Positions 25,893 through 37,956 are shown, numbered from the stretch's first letter. The stretch: DNA of 64,000 bases from Calcarisporiella thermophila CBS 279.70 (GCF_041956535.1 NW_027192193.1:112366-176365), one strand, 5' to 3'. The notes: generated by a model from the letters alone, not told the origin. Numbers and translations are program-made.

Positions 25893-26954
25893 CTATGCTT
25901 GTTGTCCAGAGATACCCAGACTGATCACATTGGATACTTTAACTTGGGTGCCATCGACTGCATTAATGTGCTTGTTAACCCCCAATAGAGTCTCTTGTTC
26001 CTTAGCGTTGAGTTTCTGTCCAACCAGATTGCTTCCAACTTCGTGGCCCTTAGCTTCTTTGGTGGTTGCTTTGCCAGTAGGATTGACTTCAGCATCGATG
26101 TTAGATAGAGTAGACCTACGCCCGACTTGGATTTTTTGGCTTGCAGTCTTGGCCTCGGCCTTTGTACCACTAAGCACCCCCTCTAGGAGATTTTCAACCA
26201 AGGTAGTAATCCCATCCTGGTCTAGAAGAGAACCGTTGCGTTTCATCTGAACGTTATGATTGGCAACCTGGGAGTCAACACTTAGTTTTTGTATGACTTC
26301 GGATACTAACTGCTTAACAGTGGCTATTTCGCTATCTGGGAGGGAGTCTCGGCGCCCGATTTGAAGGTCTTGACCTGTAAGCTTGGCCTCAATATTTATA
26401 TGCTTGATTGCCCCTCTGACGATCTTCTCTGCCAAATCAACGATGGCTTCGTGCTTACCGAGGGAATTGCGGCGCTCGAGTTTCAAAGTATGGTCTGCGG
26501 TTTTGGCATCAACGTTTATTTTCCGGAGCACATCCGATACCAGCTCTTTAGCCAGAGCGCTTGAGGAGGATTTAAGTTCGGTATCAAGCTTAAGCTTCTT
26601 AATGAGGACGGCGACAATTTTCTCCAGCGACTCAATTTCTCCCAAAAGTTTACCACGTGTATCAACATGGGCGTTATGACCGGCCACCGCGAGATCAATC
26701 TTGATTCCCTTTACAATCTTCGCAATAAGCTCCTCTACAGGACTGAGTTTGGCATCCACTTCAGAGAGCACATTGCGCTTTATTGTGACAACTTTCGGGA
26801 CCGCTGCGTTGGCCTCGATCTTCAACTCTTTAGTTGGTCCGGCTACCGATTTATCGATGGTGGGTATATTGGAAGAGACCTGGACGGGAAGAGCTCTAGC
26901 TGAAAACAGCGCTGATGCAGCAATCACAAGATGAAGGATGCTTGGTTTGACCAT
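25893..26954 (-). CDS. Secreted Kex2-processed repeat protein (precursor of ~40-aa amphipathic peptides)
   Basis: 353-aa intronless ORF; signal peptide; KR/RR ending at residues 60, 162, 202, 239 and 280 (TR at 100) delimit related repeats; TATA-like run at ~27123-27131. Confidence 0.85.
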   Translation of the reverse strand: MVKPSILHLVIAASALFSARALPVQVSSNIPTIDKSVAGPTKELKIEANAAVPKVVTIKRNVLSEVDAKLSPVEELIAKIVKGIKIDLAVAGHNAHVDTRGKLLGEIESLEKIVAVLIKKLKLDTELKSSSSALAKELVSDVLRKINVDAKTADHTLKLERRNSLGKHEAIVDLAEKIVRGAIKHINIEAKLTGQDLQIGRRDSLPDSEIATVKQLVSEVIQKLSVDSQVANHNVQMKRNGSLLDQDGITTLVENLLEGVLSGTKAEAKTASQKIQVGRRSTLSNIDAEVNPTGKATTKEAKGHEVGSNLVGQKLNAKEQETLLGVNKHINAVDGTQVKVSNVISLGISGQQA

Positions 26955-28325
26955 GGTATCTGCTCTTTTTTGTTTGATGGGATATGCAACTTAGAATGAA
27001 AAGATGAGAGAGAATTATTTTTGTAGGATATGAAAGAGAGACGGAGAGACGAAAAGATGCTAGAAAAAGAATGGTAAGATAATATCTGAAAAAGAGGTGC
27101 ATTTTCAGTTTTGCAAAGGATCATATATATACGAAACTCTCAAGAAGGCGCTTTTTTTCATCAATTTCTCAATAATCCACCAAGTTACACGCGATCTCCT
27201 CAGCTTGGAGGCACAAATTTTCAAAGATCATTGCCACCAAACAAACTCTCAAACAGATATTTGGCATTTAAAAAAACCCGTTAGCATTTGAGATGGATTA
27301 TAGCGCTGGAATTTGCTTTTTAACATGAGCTCCCTTAATATTTCTAAAGATATTTCGATGGTAGTAAAAATAAATCACTCTAAATGGTCTTAAACCTATA
27401 AAAGTTCGCGCGAATGGCTAATCCCTCAACTAAGTATTTGGATTCTCTTGGGGCTTAAACCAGACACTAGGATTGATCGCCGCACTGCAGGGTTGCACTG
27501 ATTAATCGAGGTTAATTCCTCCTCCAATCCAATTATCTCCTCATTATATCACAAAAACATTGAATTAATATTTTAGTGCATTTTTATTTGTGAACTTGTC
27601 GTTGATTAAACCATTTCATTTCCCTATTGCCCCATGCTCAGAGCTGAGTTTACTCTCATTAGCTTTTCTGATGATTACGCTAAATATTGAACGTGGTGAA
27701 AATTAAACAGTGCATTGAACCTCAGTTCAATTTTGCCGCCTGCACAACGTAAATGGTTAGAGTTGTGAAAAAAAGGCTGCAACGCTTTAATTTACACTTG
27801 ATCATTATTTAAACACCTATCTAAGAGGTTTACAAATGTAAGTTCTATAAAAATAAAATCTGATCCACTGCACGTATGGCTAGGGTCTCGATATCGAGGG
27901 AGTTTATTTTATCATCCAAGTGCTTTATTTTTCTATTGGTGCGTTTGGCTCGCATCATTCGGTAGGGTTCCCAAATGTATGCAACTCTAAGCGAGATGGT
28001 ATCTGGTTGTTTTAGTCGTGTTTCGTTTTCAATCAAACTAGCATCACTTTATCAAATTGGAGTAAATTTATAATAGAGATGAAGAGAATATGATCGGGCA
28101 CATCCACTATTTTAATTATTCGAAATTAAGCTCATGGAAATAGGGATAAACATTATAGTGACTAGTAATTGTAGCAAAAACAAATATCATGAGCCCATGG
28201 TATAAAAATAAAATAATTAAGGAGAAAATGGATCCTAGACTAATACAAACGGGCAAGGAGATGGCAAACTAAAGGAGATGGGATAGAAATAAACATTCGA
28301 CTCCTCAAACAGCTTAGATTTTCAC

Positions 28326-29102
28326 TTAGATGATGCTCATTGCCTCTGTAATCAGCCCGCCGAGCTGCTTATTAACAGCATTAGTGATCTCCGATCCGAA
28401 CTCGTTCAATGTCGCTGGGTCGATATTGTTCTCTTTGGCAAAGGAGGTCACGACTTCCTTTCCAGCTTTCGCGGCAGCTGCTTGAGCACGAGTTGTCTGC
28501 CCCGATACCACCGAAGAGGGGATAACACTAGGATTGGACAAAATGTTCGAGAGGATGCCCTGTGGAAGGCCTTGCACCGCATTTCCAAGCGTGCTGCCGA
28601 AGACCTCGCCCATTTTGGCCCCGATCAGCTTGCCGAGCTCGCTTCCCTGTTCAGAGGGGATGTTTGAGCTTGAAGCAAGGGACTCCCCAAGCACTTGTCC
28701 AGCCGTCTCAGCAGCTGCCTTTCCAATGTTAGAACCAATTTGGCCGCCGTTGCTGCCGAGTTTTCCAAGGGTACCGCCTAGAAGGTCGGGGGCCGGAGCA
28801 CGCTTGATGTGAATAAGCGGGAGATTGATATCAAGGAGATCTTCTTCGTCGTCATCATCATCTTCCTCCTCGGGCTTGCCAAGCGTAATATCCCTGCGCA
28901 GCAGGGGTTCATCTTGGTGGTTTCCAAGATCGATTCCAGCTGTGTGCTTGACGGTGTCAAACACAGTATTAAGAGCCCCATTGGTTAAGGAGTCCACTGT
29001 TTTGTCTAAAGGAATTCCATCGATCTCCAACGGGACGGGAAGAGCATTAGTGAATAAAAAGAGGGCCGTAAGGGAAAGAGTAGTGGAGAAAAGCTTCACC
29101 AT
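28326..29102 (-). CDS. Secreted pre-pro-protein with acidic pro-piece and glycine-zipper mature domain
   Basis: 258 aa from MVKLF; signal peptide; RR (69-70); poly-D/E spacer; KR-APAP (100-105); GxxxG arrays; TATAAA at ~29224-29229 on the minus strand. Confidence 0.85.
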   Translation of the reverse strand: MVKLFSTTLSLTALFLFTNALPVPLEIDGIPLDKTVDSLTNGALNTVFDTVKHTAGIDLGNHQDEPLLRRDITLGKPEEEDDDDDEEDLLDINLPLIHIKRAPAPDLLGGTLGKLGSNGGQIGSNIGKAAAETAGQVLGESLASSSNIPSEQGSELGKLIGAKMGEVFGSTLGNAVQGLPQGILSNILSNPSVIPSSVVSGQTTRAQAAAAKAGKEVVTSFAKENNIDPATLNEFGSEITNAVNKQLGGLITEAMSII

Positions 29103-30717
29103 GATGATGCTAATTGAAGAAAAATTCAAAGGAAGGAAGGAGGAGAGGCAAAGGCAGAGAAAAAGAAGGAATGAATGAATGTGAGATTTCTGATGAGGGG
29201 CAGGAGACGCTGGAACCGGCCAATTTATATTCACTTTTTCCTCGCATTGCTGCCAAAATCACCTAGTATCAGATTGTTCATCGCGCGTTGCGCGTCCTCC
29301 CCAATCATCCCTGCGCTCAGACTCCGACCATTAAAGAGGTACAATGATCTCATGTGTAAAGACAACTAGCTGACCATACGAGGCCACTCTTAGAAATTTG
29401 GTGTTAGGAAATTTACAACCGTCGGCCTAATTTGAAATGTTTCAATTCCATTACCTGCGACCCATAGCTTCTGATCATGCCTCGAGCCAAGCGATCGTTC
29501 TTGTCCCACTCAAGGGATCCCATTTGATTAAAACCATCGACTCTACTTCCATATACCGCAGATTGTTCATTTATGTTTGTCCTCCATTGATATCCAAATC
29601 CGTCCATGGTGGCTAAATCGATGTTTTATTAATCGATGATGACATAGGGTGCGATTCGAATGTGCTTCAAGAATTGTAGCGTGAACGCGCGCATATATCT
29701 CAAAAATAAAAATAACCAACCCCTCTTTATCATGTGGGTTAAAGGGCGAGGAAAATACGAGCAGTGCCTCACTCAACAGAATGATCCAAATAAATGGCCC
29801 AAAGAGATGGAGAAGTGGGAGAAAAGTTTTCTCATAAGAAAAACCTCTTCTCAAGAGGGGTCTGAATTAGTGAAGTAGAAGATGCCCTTGATAAGAAACA
29901 TGATTGAGGACTGAGTTTTGTAATGTATAGTGGCAACTGGAACCTCCCCTTAGAGAGGGGGCAACTTTCTCGTGCGAAGTAGTCAAGTAGGGGCTCTCAG
30001 ACTTCTCACAGTATGTCGCCTCAATTACCTGAATTAATTTATCCTAACACAACCCTTTTCTTGTCTAGAAACCGACGCTGGGTGGCTTATTTAGCGTATA
30101 TATTGTAATGCCGTGGAGTCTGCCTTTCCACCTTCACCGCACCCACCTTTATTCCCCCTTTGAACCTTTGATGCCTCATCGCTTCTCCGATCTTGGCATT
30201 AGTTGAACCCGAATTTTTGCCATCTTTGTTGTCTTGTTACCTTATTAGATAATGGCTCCCCATTCCTACTCATTCCCTCTATCCGAAGATAACTCAGGAC
30301 ACGTTCTATTTGCCATAGAATTAGTTTAATATTTATCTTCATTTTAATATCTCTCCCTCCACCTATGGTCTTGCATTTTAATTATTGTGTCTCCCACGCT
30401 GTAGTGAGAACTTTTGGCTTATCAAGGTAATTGAAACGTATAATCATTTCTCCCCTGTGATATCACCGTGTTGAACATTTGTTTTCCGGTTTTGCCGCAA
30501 GATGTGTTTCTATAGTATTTTGCATTAGGAAAAGTTTTGAAATGCACGACATGTAATGCAAAAGATTCTTTGTTTCTTTTCTTGGAAATCGAGTTCATGG
30601 GAGAATTGAGATTCTGATTCGACATGAATTTATGTGTCAAGTAATTTATCTCAAAGCACGGAAGTAAAATCGGCTTGCCTGGGTCGCTTGAATCTCGCTC
30701 AGGCACTCGTATCCGTA

Positions 30718-31179
30718 ATGTTCAAAAAGTCACAACGTCAAGTAGCTCGCACAGTTCTCGATGAGGAGGCACGCCGCCGATCCGTGCAACGCCGGCTCGC
30801 TGAACTAGAACGCGATAACTTCACCGAGGCAGACATTTCATTCACAGCCCCTGCGATCTCCATTCCTCCGCGCAAGATCTCTCTACATCCAGATGATACC
30901 AAAACAAAGCGTCGCCCTACCAAGGAGATTCGCCGCCTACTCCTTGTGAAAAAAAATTTAAACACCCTGATTGAGGAGTCACGGATAGACCTCTTACCTC
31001 CCGAGGTTCCTACCTACTTGACCGCGGATGCCGCCCCTTCCATGTACCCGCCAAGAAGATTTTGCTCAGTGTGCGGATACATTGGAAATTATAGCTGCAC
31101 CCGATGTGGAATGCGATATTGCACGCTCAAATGTCTTGCAACCCATGAGGAGACTCGGTGCATGAAAGTTACATTATAG
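30718..31179 (+). CDS. VPS71: Vps71/Swc6/ZNHIT1, SWR1 complex zinc-finger HIT subunit
   Basis: RRLAELERDNF; PTYLTADAAPS; zf-HIT CSVCGY..YSCTRCGMRYCTLKCLATHEETRC. Confidence 0.95.
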   Translation: MFKKSQRQVARTVLDEEARRRSVQRRLAELERDNFTEADISFTAPAISIPPRKISLHPDDTKTKRRPTKEIRRLLLVKKNLNTLIEESRIDLLPPEVPTYLTADAAPSMYPPRRFCSVCGYIGNYSCTRCGMRYCTLKCLATHEETRCMKVTL

Positions 31180-31754
31180 CCTTATATTTCATCCGCTTTG
31201 TCTGATGCATTTGTTTAAATAGCCGCAATTTGAAGCATAGTCATATCTCGTTTGGATGTGGCACCTTCCCTCCCCTTCTGTTTACTTTTGTCTTATATTT
31301 ATACTCTCGAAAGCTAACGGCACTTGTTAGATTAATATATTTTGAGGTCCTTCACAATAGATAAATTAATTGTGTTAATCTTCTCAACTATGCCAAGGAA
31401 TATTTAGAGGTAACTCCCAGCCAGTTTCATCGGTTTCTGGTTTGTAGTATATTTCTTGGAGTGGCCGCACTTATTACTGTTGCCTTCTCACAACGAACAA
31501 GTATCTCAAGTGAATCTTTGAAAAAAACATAGCTCTTTGAAAATAGCTTTCTATTTGTTATATGAGCAGTTTCGATTTTATACAATGTCATCAGCTGGAT
31601 CCCGCCAATTATTTTACTGTGCCTTTGCACGTACAATCCTTGTTAATGTACTGTGTACATGCATACCTCGACTCCCGGAAGTTTGTTGTGACTGCCAGAT
31701 CTTCCAGTCACATAATCACGTTCCGACTTTATCTTTGTAACAAATACCGTCATC

Positions 31755-33150
31755 ATGGCAACGAAAATTTCTAAAAGCCAGACCACTACAGCACTCAGTA
31801 TGGCCCAGGTGATGCTGCGTCGAATAGTGCAGTTCAGCATTTTGGCACTTTTTGGGTACATAAGTTCATCGAGGGAGTTTCAGTAAACCATAATTCTTAT
31901 TCCGTCCCTCTTCTCTATTGCACAGTTACGTGTCCATTATCATTGCCCTTTCATTCGATCAACCCCAGCGTGCTGTAATCTATATGAACTGGATCAACCT
32001 CCCTTATGTCGACATGGAATTTCCCGAAATGGTTGGCTTCCCAAGTAAGCAGCTTGTCCTCACGATACTAGAATTGGAGTTGATGGTGAATGTCTTTGAT
32101 TTAGAAAATAAGGTGCGCAACTTCAAGATCCAAACTGCAGATGGAGCCCGTCTTGGCGCTTGGCATGTTCTTCCCACAACATTCTTTCAGGCAAACCGCT
32201 TGAATCTTACCCAGGACAGCTACATTGAAGCTCTTCGTTCCGAGCCGACCGTGTTGTATTTTCATGGAAATGCCGGCAACCGGGCTATGCCATGGCGCGT
32301 TAACACCCTACGCCAGCTATCTGAGCAGTTGAACGTCAACGTGATTGCTATTGACTACCGTGGGTTTGGCGACTCGGAGGGTGCACCTACCGAAGAAGGA
32401 TTGTATCTGGATGGGAGGGCTACTTGGGATTGGCTGATCGAGAAAGGAGGTTGGTTTCCGTCATTCCACAGCTTTAATTAGATATTGGTTGATCAGTTGC
32501 TTGTGCTAACTAGTCGCTCCCAACACCGTTTCGATTTTGGGACATTCACTCGGCACCGGGGTGGCCACCTGGCTCTCCTCCAACCTCACTGCCGAAAACA
32601 CTCCTCCCCGCGCTACTATTCTCATTGCACCTTACAGCTCCATTCCAGAGGTGATGTTTGAGTATCGCCTCCTCAAGTTCTTGCCAGTGCTGAGCCCACT
32701 CAAATCCTTCCCCTATGCCCGAAGTTTTTTGATATCTCAGCTCAAACACCGCTTCGATTCCCTCTCACGCATTAAGGTAGAATAGCAACTGCACTTGGTT
32801 TATCTAATTGAACAAGTGATTCACGAGAGGGCATTGATTCCTCTTTCCTTGTTTTATTTATTTCTCTATAGAATATCTCGGGGTCTATTCTCTTTTTGCA
32901 TGGCAAGTTGGATGAGGAGATTCCGCCCCGACACTCACACCTTCTCTTAAGCATGGCCTCGAGTGGAAAAGGCGTCAACTCAACGGACGTAGAGCGCGTG
33001 ATCTATCCCGATGAAGGTGAATTGTACTTACTACGAAAAGACGGCCATTCAACCCTCGGCTATTTGGAATTAAAGTGGGCTCACCACAACAATGTGCCCT
33101 TCTACGACCTCACCTTTAAGGCCATCAAAGATTTCATGACGACGGTCTGA
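31755..33150 (+). CDS. ABHD12/ABHD13 (Bem46-like) alpha/beta hydrolase with N-terminal TM
   Basis: LGAWHVLP, LYFHGNAGNR, IDYRGFGDSEGAPTEEGL, GHSLG nucleophile elbow, LHGKLDEEIP, C-terminal HN. Four introns. Confidence 0.92.
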
Positions 33151-33635
33151 TATTTATCGATACCTGCTACTGTTCTGCTGTTATTTCTTTGCTCTATTTG
33201 CTAATTTCTTGTATTTTTTTTTCACATCTCTCTTCATTTCACTATGGGTTAGACCACTTAGGAAAATAAATGTGCTATTAAGATCCCTATATGTCGGGAC
33301 TAATTCATATCCCCTCACCTTTAAAGCTGGAGATCACCAAGCAAAATATCTTTCATTCCTAATGCATCAAGCCTTTAGATTGCTAGCCAAAGGTGTGCGG
33401 CAATAATTTTGATCCACACTCAGCTAGAATTCAAAAAAAAAAAAAACTATGCTCGGATCATAGCTGTGTGCAAAAAGGGGATGAAAAAATAATCCTTGAA
33501 AGCATATTCAAATTATTTTCTCTAAAGTGCATATAAGAAAAAGTTGATAGAGGAAAGAGGAAATTAGAAAAAAGGAAATTTGAGGAAAATAGTATAGGAA
33601 CAAGAAAAAAAAAGTAGATGAGTGTTGGAAGGAAT

Positions 33636-35751
33636 TTACACAGCCGCCTCCTTCTCGCCTTCGTCCTTTGCGTTCTCCTCGCCGTTATTGGCAAGCTTCT
33701 CGGCCTTAGCCTTTTCTTTTTTCGCCTTTCGCTCCGCCTTCTTGGCCTCCTTTTCTGCCTTCTTCTCCTCCTTGCTCTTGCCCTTCTCACCCTTCTTCTT
33801 CTCATTGCCCTGGTCCTTCTTGGCCTCCTTCTCCTCTCCTGCATGCTTCGACGCCATGGTCGCCGCGCTTCCGTCGGGAATCCTCACGAGGGTCACCGTC
33901 GGTGTCGTCTCACTCCACTCGCCGTCCACAATGAAGAATCCTGTTCGCATGAATTCAATAATGTCCCCGCGCTTGAGGTGCTTGACATTGGGGTCCGCGA
34001 TGACCTCGGTGTGGTACTCTGTCTTGGGCGTGACGAATTCGCTCACCTCCTCGTTCTTTTCCAGGTTCTTCTTGGTGATCAGGTAGTCGTAGTCCACCAG
34101 CGTGCACTCCACGATGCTTGTTTCGTCCGCAAGCCACGTGAGTTTGCGCGTCTTCTTCATGTTCTTATCCTCGAGATTGAGCTCCATTTCCATCGTGGCC
34201 ACAATCCCGGTGTCCTCGGCACGCACAACACGCTTCACCACTGCGTTGCCCCAATCCATGAGGGTGACGGTCTCGCCCTCCTTTGAGGCGGCAGCATCCT
34301 CCTGGGAGAGCAAGATTTCAGACGAGTAGGTCACCTTTTTGTTTCCAAGATCGGGGTTGTTGCGATACTTGGGGCGGTCCTCAACTTGAGGCGGCTCGGG
34401 GGCGCCGTGCACCTTTACTTTCACCCTAAAAAGATTGAGAAGAGGATAACCTGATTAGTCGAAGTCAATTCAGCCAATACCCAGAGAAGCAAGGAGGGAA
34501 AAAACCAAAACAAGATGACAGTACAGGTTATCTTTCGGAGCCATGACGTGTCTGGGTGCGATCGGATTGATGATGTTCTTATTGAGTGCCCACAGCTTAT
34601 CCCACTCCAGCAACATAATCCTTTGACTTGCTCCCTGCATCAAAATGTACTTCTTCAATGCCTCGATAGTCAATCCCCTTCTGCGAATTCCGCGCACCGT
34701 CGGGAATCGCGGGTCATCCCAGCCGGACACTAGGCCCTGGTCCACGAACCATTGAAGTTTGCGTTTCGAGAGGAGGGTGTAGACGAAGTTCACTCGGCTG
34801 AAATCCCAGATGTGGGGCTTGCGAAGCTGGCATGCCTCCAACATCCATTCGTACTGGGGATTGCGGTCCCGGTATTCGTTGGTACGCAGGGCGTGGGTGA
34901 CCCCCTCCAAGGAGTCCACGATTGGGCAGGCGAAGTCGTAGGTTGGGTACACCTTCCACTTGTCGCTACAAGAAAAACATTCATTGAACATCAGCTGTAT
35001 CAGAAAAGTCGAAGGCATCAGGCCATTTACCCAGTGCGGTGATGGGGAAGCAGATTGCACCGGTAGATCACAGGGTCGCGCATGGCCTTGTTGACATCGT
35101 CCACGCTGATTTTGGCGCGCAAGCAGCATTTTTGGCCAAACTCGGTGCCCCGGGTCATTTCATCAAATCGCTTCAAGTTCTCCTCTACGGAGAGATCGCG
35201 GCAACGAGAGGGGATACCCGACCCACGCTGCATTTGCATCTAGATAGGGTGCCGTGCATTTAGGACAAGACGCGTCAATGCCACAAGAGAAAGGAATAAG
35301 GTTTACCGTCTCCTGATCGGTATCATCGACGTAGGCATTCCCCTCCTTAATTAGCTTCAGCGCTAGCTCGTAAATTTGGTCGAAATAATCCGAGGTATGT
35401 GAACAATTGGAGGCATCCACGCCGATCAATGCCAAATCCACCTTGATGCTTTCCTCAAACTCGACCTTCTCCTTGCTTGGATTCGTGTCGTCAAATCGGA
35501 CGATAAGCTTACCGTTGTACTTTTCGGCAAAATGCTGATTGAGCAAGGCGGCCTTAGCGTGGCCAATATGCAAGTAACCTGAGGGTTCAGGAGGGAATCG
35601 TGTGACGACCTTGCCCGGGATAGCGTCCGGAAGCTCGATGTCGAGCGAGCCTTGGTCCATATCTTTATTGTTCTGGAATAGGCGAAGAATTAGCAAAAAT
35701 GCTTATCGGAAAGGTGGCGGGTGGGTTGGTATGTCCTACCTTGGATGCCAT
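33636..35751 (-). CDS. GUS1: Cytosolic glutamyl-tRNA synthetase (eukaryote type), ~605 aa
   Basis: [71 protein letters not shown]. Exons 35751-35740, 35672-35307, 35239-35031, 34965-34525 and 34425-33636 sum to 1818 nt in frame. Confidence 0.95.
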
Positions 35752-35918
35752 GATGCTATACAGTATATTAAGAGCGCTCTAGCTAAAGGTGTAAACAATT
35801 TTAAGTCAGAATGAAAAATCGAAACGTCATTCTTCCATTGACCGGTCACATCCTCAACCAGAAATATCCTCGACTTGGACCCCTCCCCGAAACAACGCCT
35901 CCTGCCGATACGCACGCT

Positions 35919-37613
35919 ATGCAAGATGGCATGCCACCACGCGCACTAGTCGCCTATGACGACTTGGAGACCTCAGAAAATGATTCATTCCCCACTGAGC
36001 CCATTTCCACCACGCATACCCCAGAGGCTACCGTTTCCACCGCGGAGCAATCCACCGCCATCGAATCCCAAGAGTATTCTCCAACCCAGCCAGCATCCTA
36101 CTACTTCTCTCCTAATTTCACCCTTCCTCTCCGTCCTCTGCTCTCTACTGGCCAACGCTACTCCACCACAGTTGGCAATGTCCTCACTCGAGATTCTGGC
36201 GCTGAGGAGCAAGGAAGACGGCTCGGCAATTGGAAAGAAAACTGCTTTTTCAAGGGTCTCAAATGGGCACCCGATGGTAGCTGTGTGCTTACAAGCGGGA
36301 ATGACAATGTTTTGCGGACATTCGAATGGTAGTTAAAGTGATTTTCCACGTATTTTTACAACCAGTCAAAGATAACTGAAGCTTTGTTACGTTTTTTGCG
36401 CGGATAGCCCCGCTTCTGTTTACGACCATAACGAAGGTATACTGGTAAATCCACCTTCGTGTGTCATCCATAAGCTGTGTTTCTAATCCTCCATCTACTT
36501 GATCTACAGAGTTCCCGTTAGAGCCCACGCTCTCAGTGCGCGCAGCCGAGTCGATCTACGATTTCACATGGTATCCGATGATGTCCGCATACGATCCCGC
36601 CACGTGCTGCTTTTTGGCCGCAAGTCGGGATCACCCACTCCACCTTTGGGACATTACGGGAAGTGTTCGTTGTAGCTACAGTGTTTTCGATCATTGCGAC
36701 CAGATAGTTGGCCCAAACTCTGTTGCATTCAATCCGGATGGAACCAAGTAAGTTTTCCCTTTTGCTAATGGATTCCGGGGATCTATATAATCGGGATGGC
36801 AAACTGTTTTGCGTAGGATATACTGTGGATATAACAATATGATCCAAATCTTCGATACACTTCGACCGGGGCGGGCAAGTGGCAAGTGGCCAACCACGCC
36901 AACAAGGAGGAGTAGGGAGGGACAAAAAGGTAATGAACCTATCTTGCTTAAGGATTACCTTATTAGATCCAATCTAATACGTAAAGGGGGGGGGGGGACA
37001 CTATTTCCTAGGAGTGATTTCCTGTTTGAATTTCAACTTCGATGGGAGCCTTCTCGCGGCTGGCTCCTACGGATGCACCATCGGCCTCTACGACCCCAAT
37101 CTCTCCATCCCTCTTGTAGCTCTGCTTCGTGGCGCGGTGGGGGGATTGACTCAAGTCCAGTTTTCACCCTGTGGGAATTACCTATTCTCCGCTTCCCGCA
37201 AGGACTCTGATGTGTTGTGTTGGGACATGCGGAACACTAGCGAGGTGGTCGGGTGGATGCAAAGGAAACTCGAGACCAATCAACGAATGGCTTTTGACAT
37301 CGAATCATCGGGGCGCTGGCTCATCACGGGTGATCAGGATGGGCACCTTCTGGTGTATTCTTTAGAGGAGCTGCTGAGAACCCAGAATCCGGCCCCATCT
37401 GCACGCATGAAAGCCCATGAAGATGCGATCGGTGCAGTAGGGTTCCATCCCGCGGGAAGTCTGTTAGCCACTTGTTCGGGCCAAAGATTATTTGAGGGGG
37501 AGGAGGAGGAAGAGGAGGAGGAGAAGGCAGCGGTGGATAATTCGGTTAGGATCTGGAGAGTGGAGGGGGAGTGGAAAGCATATGCTGTAGAGGAACGGGT
37601 GGAGACGGGCTGA
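35919..37613 (+). CDS. WRAP53: WRAP53/TCAB1 (Swt21-like) WD40 protein
   Basis: FFKGLKWAPDGSCVLT; ESIYDFTWYPMMS..DPATCCF..ASRDHPLHLWD; GGLTQVQFSPCGNYLFS..RKD..VLCWDMR; TNQRMAFD; LLATCSGQRLF. Start could be 35919 or 35931. Confidence 0.93.
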
Positions 37614-37956
37614 TGTGTTTTGTATAGCTGGGGATGGCAATGCCTCTAGAAGTGAGTCTAATAAAAGCGGCCGATTTCCTGGGGGGGGGGGGGGATATGC
37701 AAAACCTTTATGTGTAAGAAACTAGTAGAACAAATGCAAAGAATAAAAAGGGGAGAATGAAAAAAAACAATAAAATAAGTAAAAATTACACAAAGACACA
37801 ACTCAAGAGAGAGAGGGGTTAGAGGTGTCAAAACTGATTTAAACCAAAACAACTAAGAGAAGAAAGAAATGAGAAAGAAAGAAAAAACCAAAATTCTTCT
37901 AAAGAAATGCCCGTATTTAATCCTGAAGTCGTGCTATTTACTGAAATAAACCGTCG

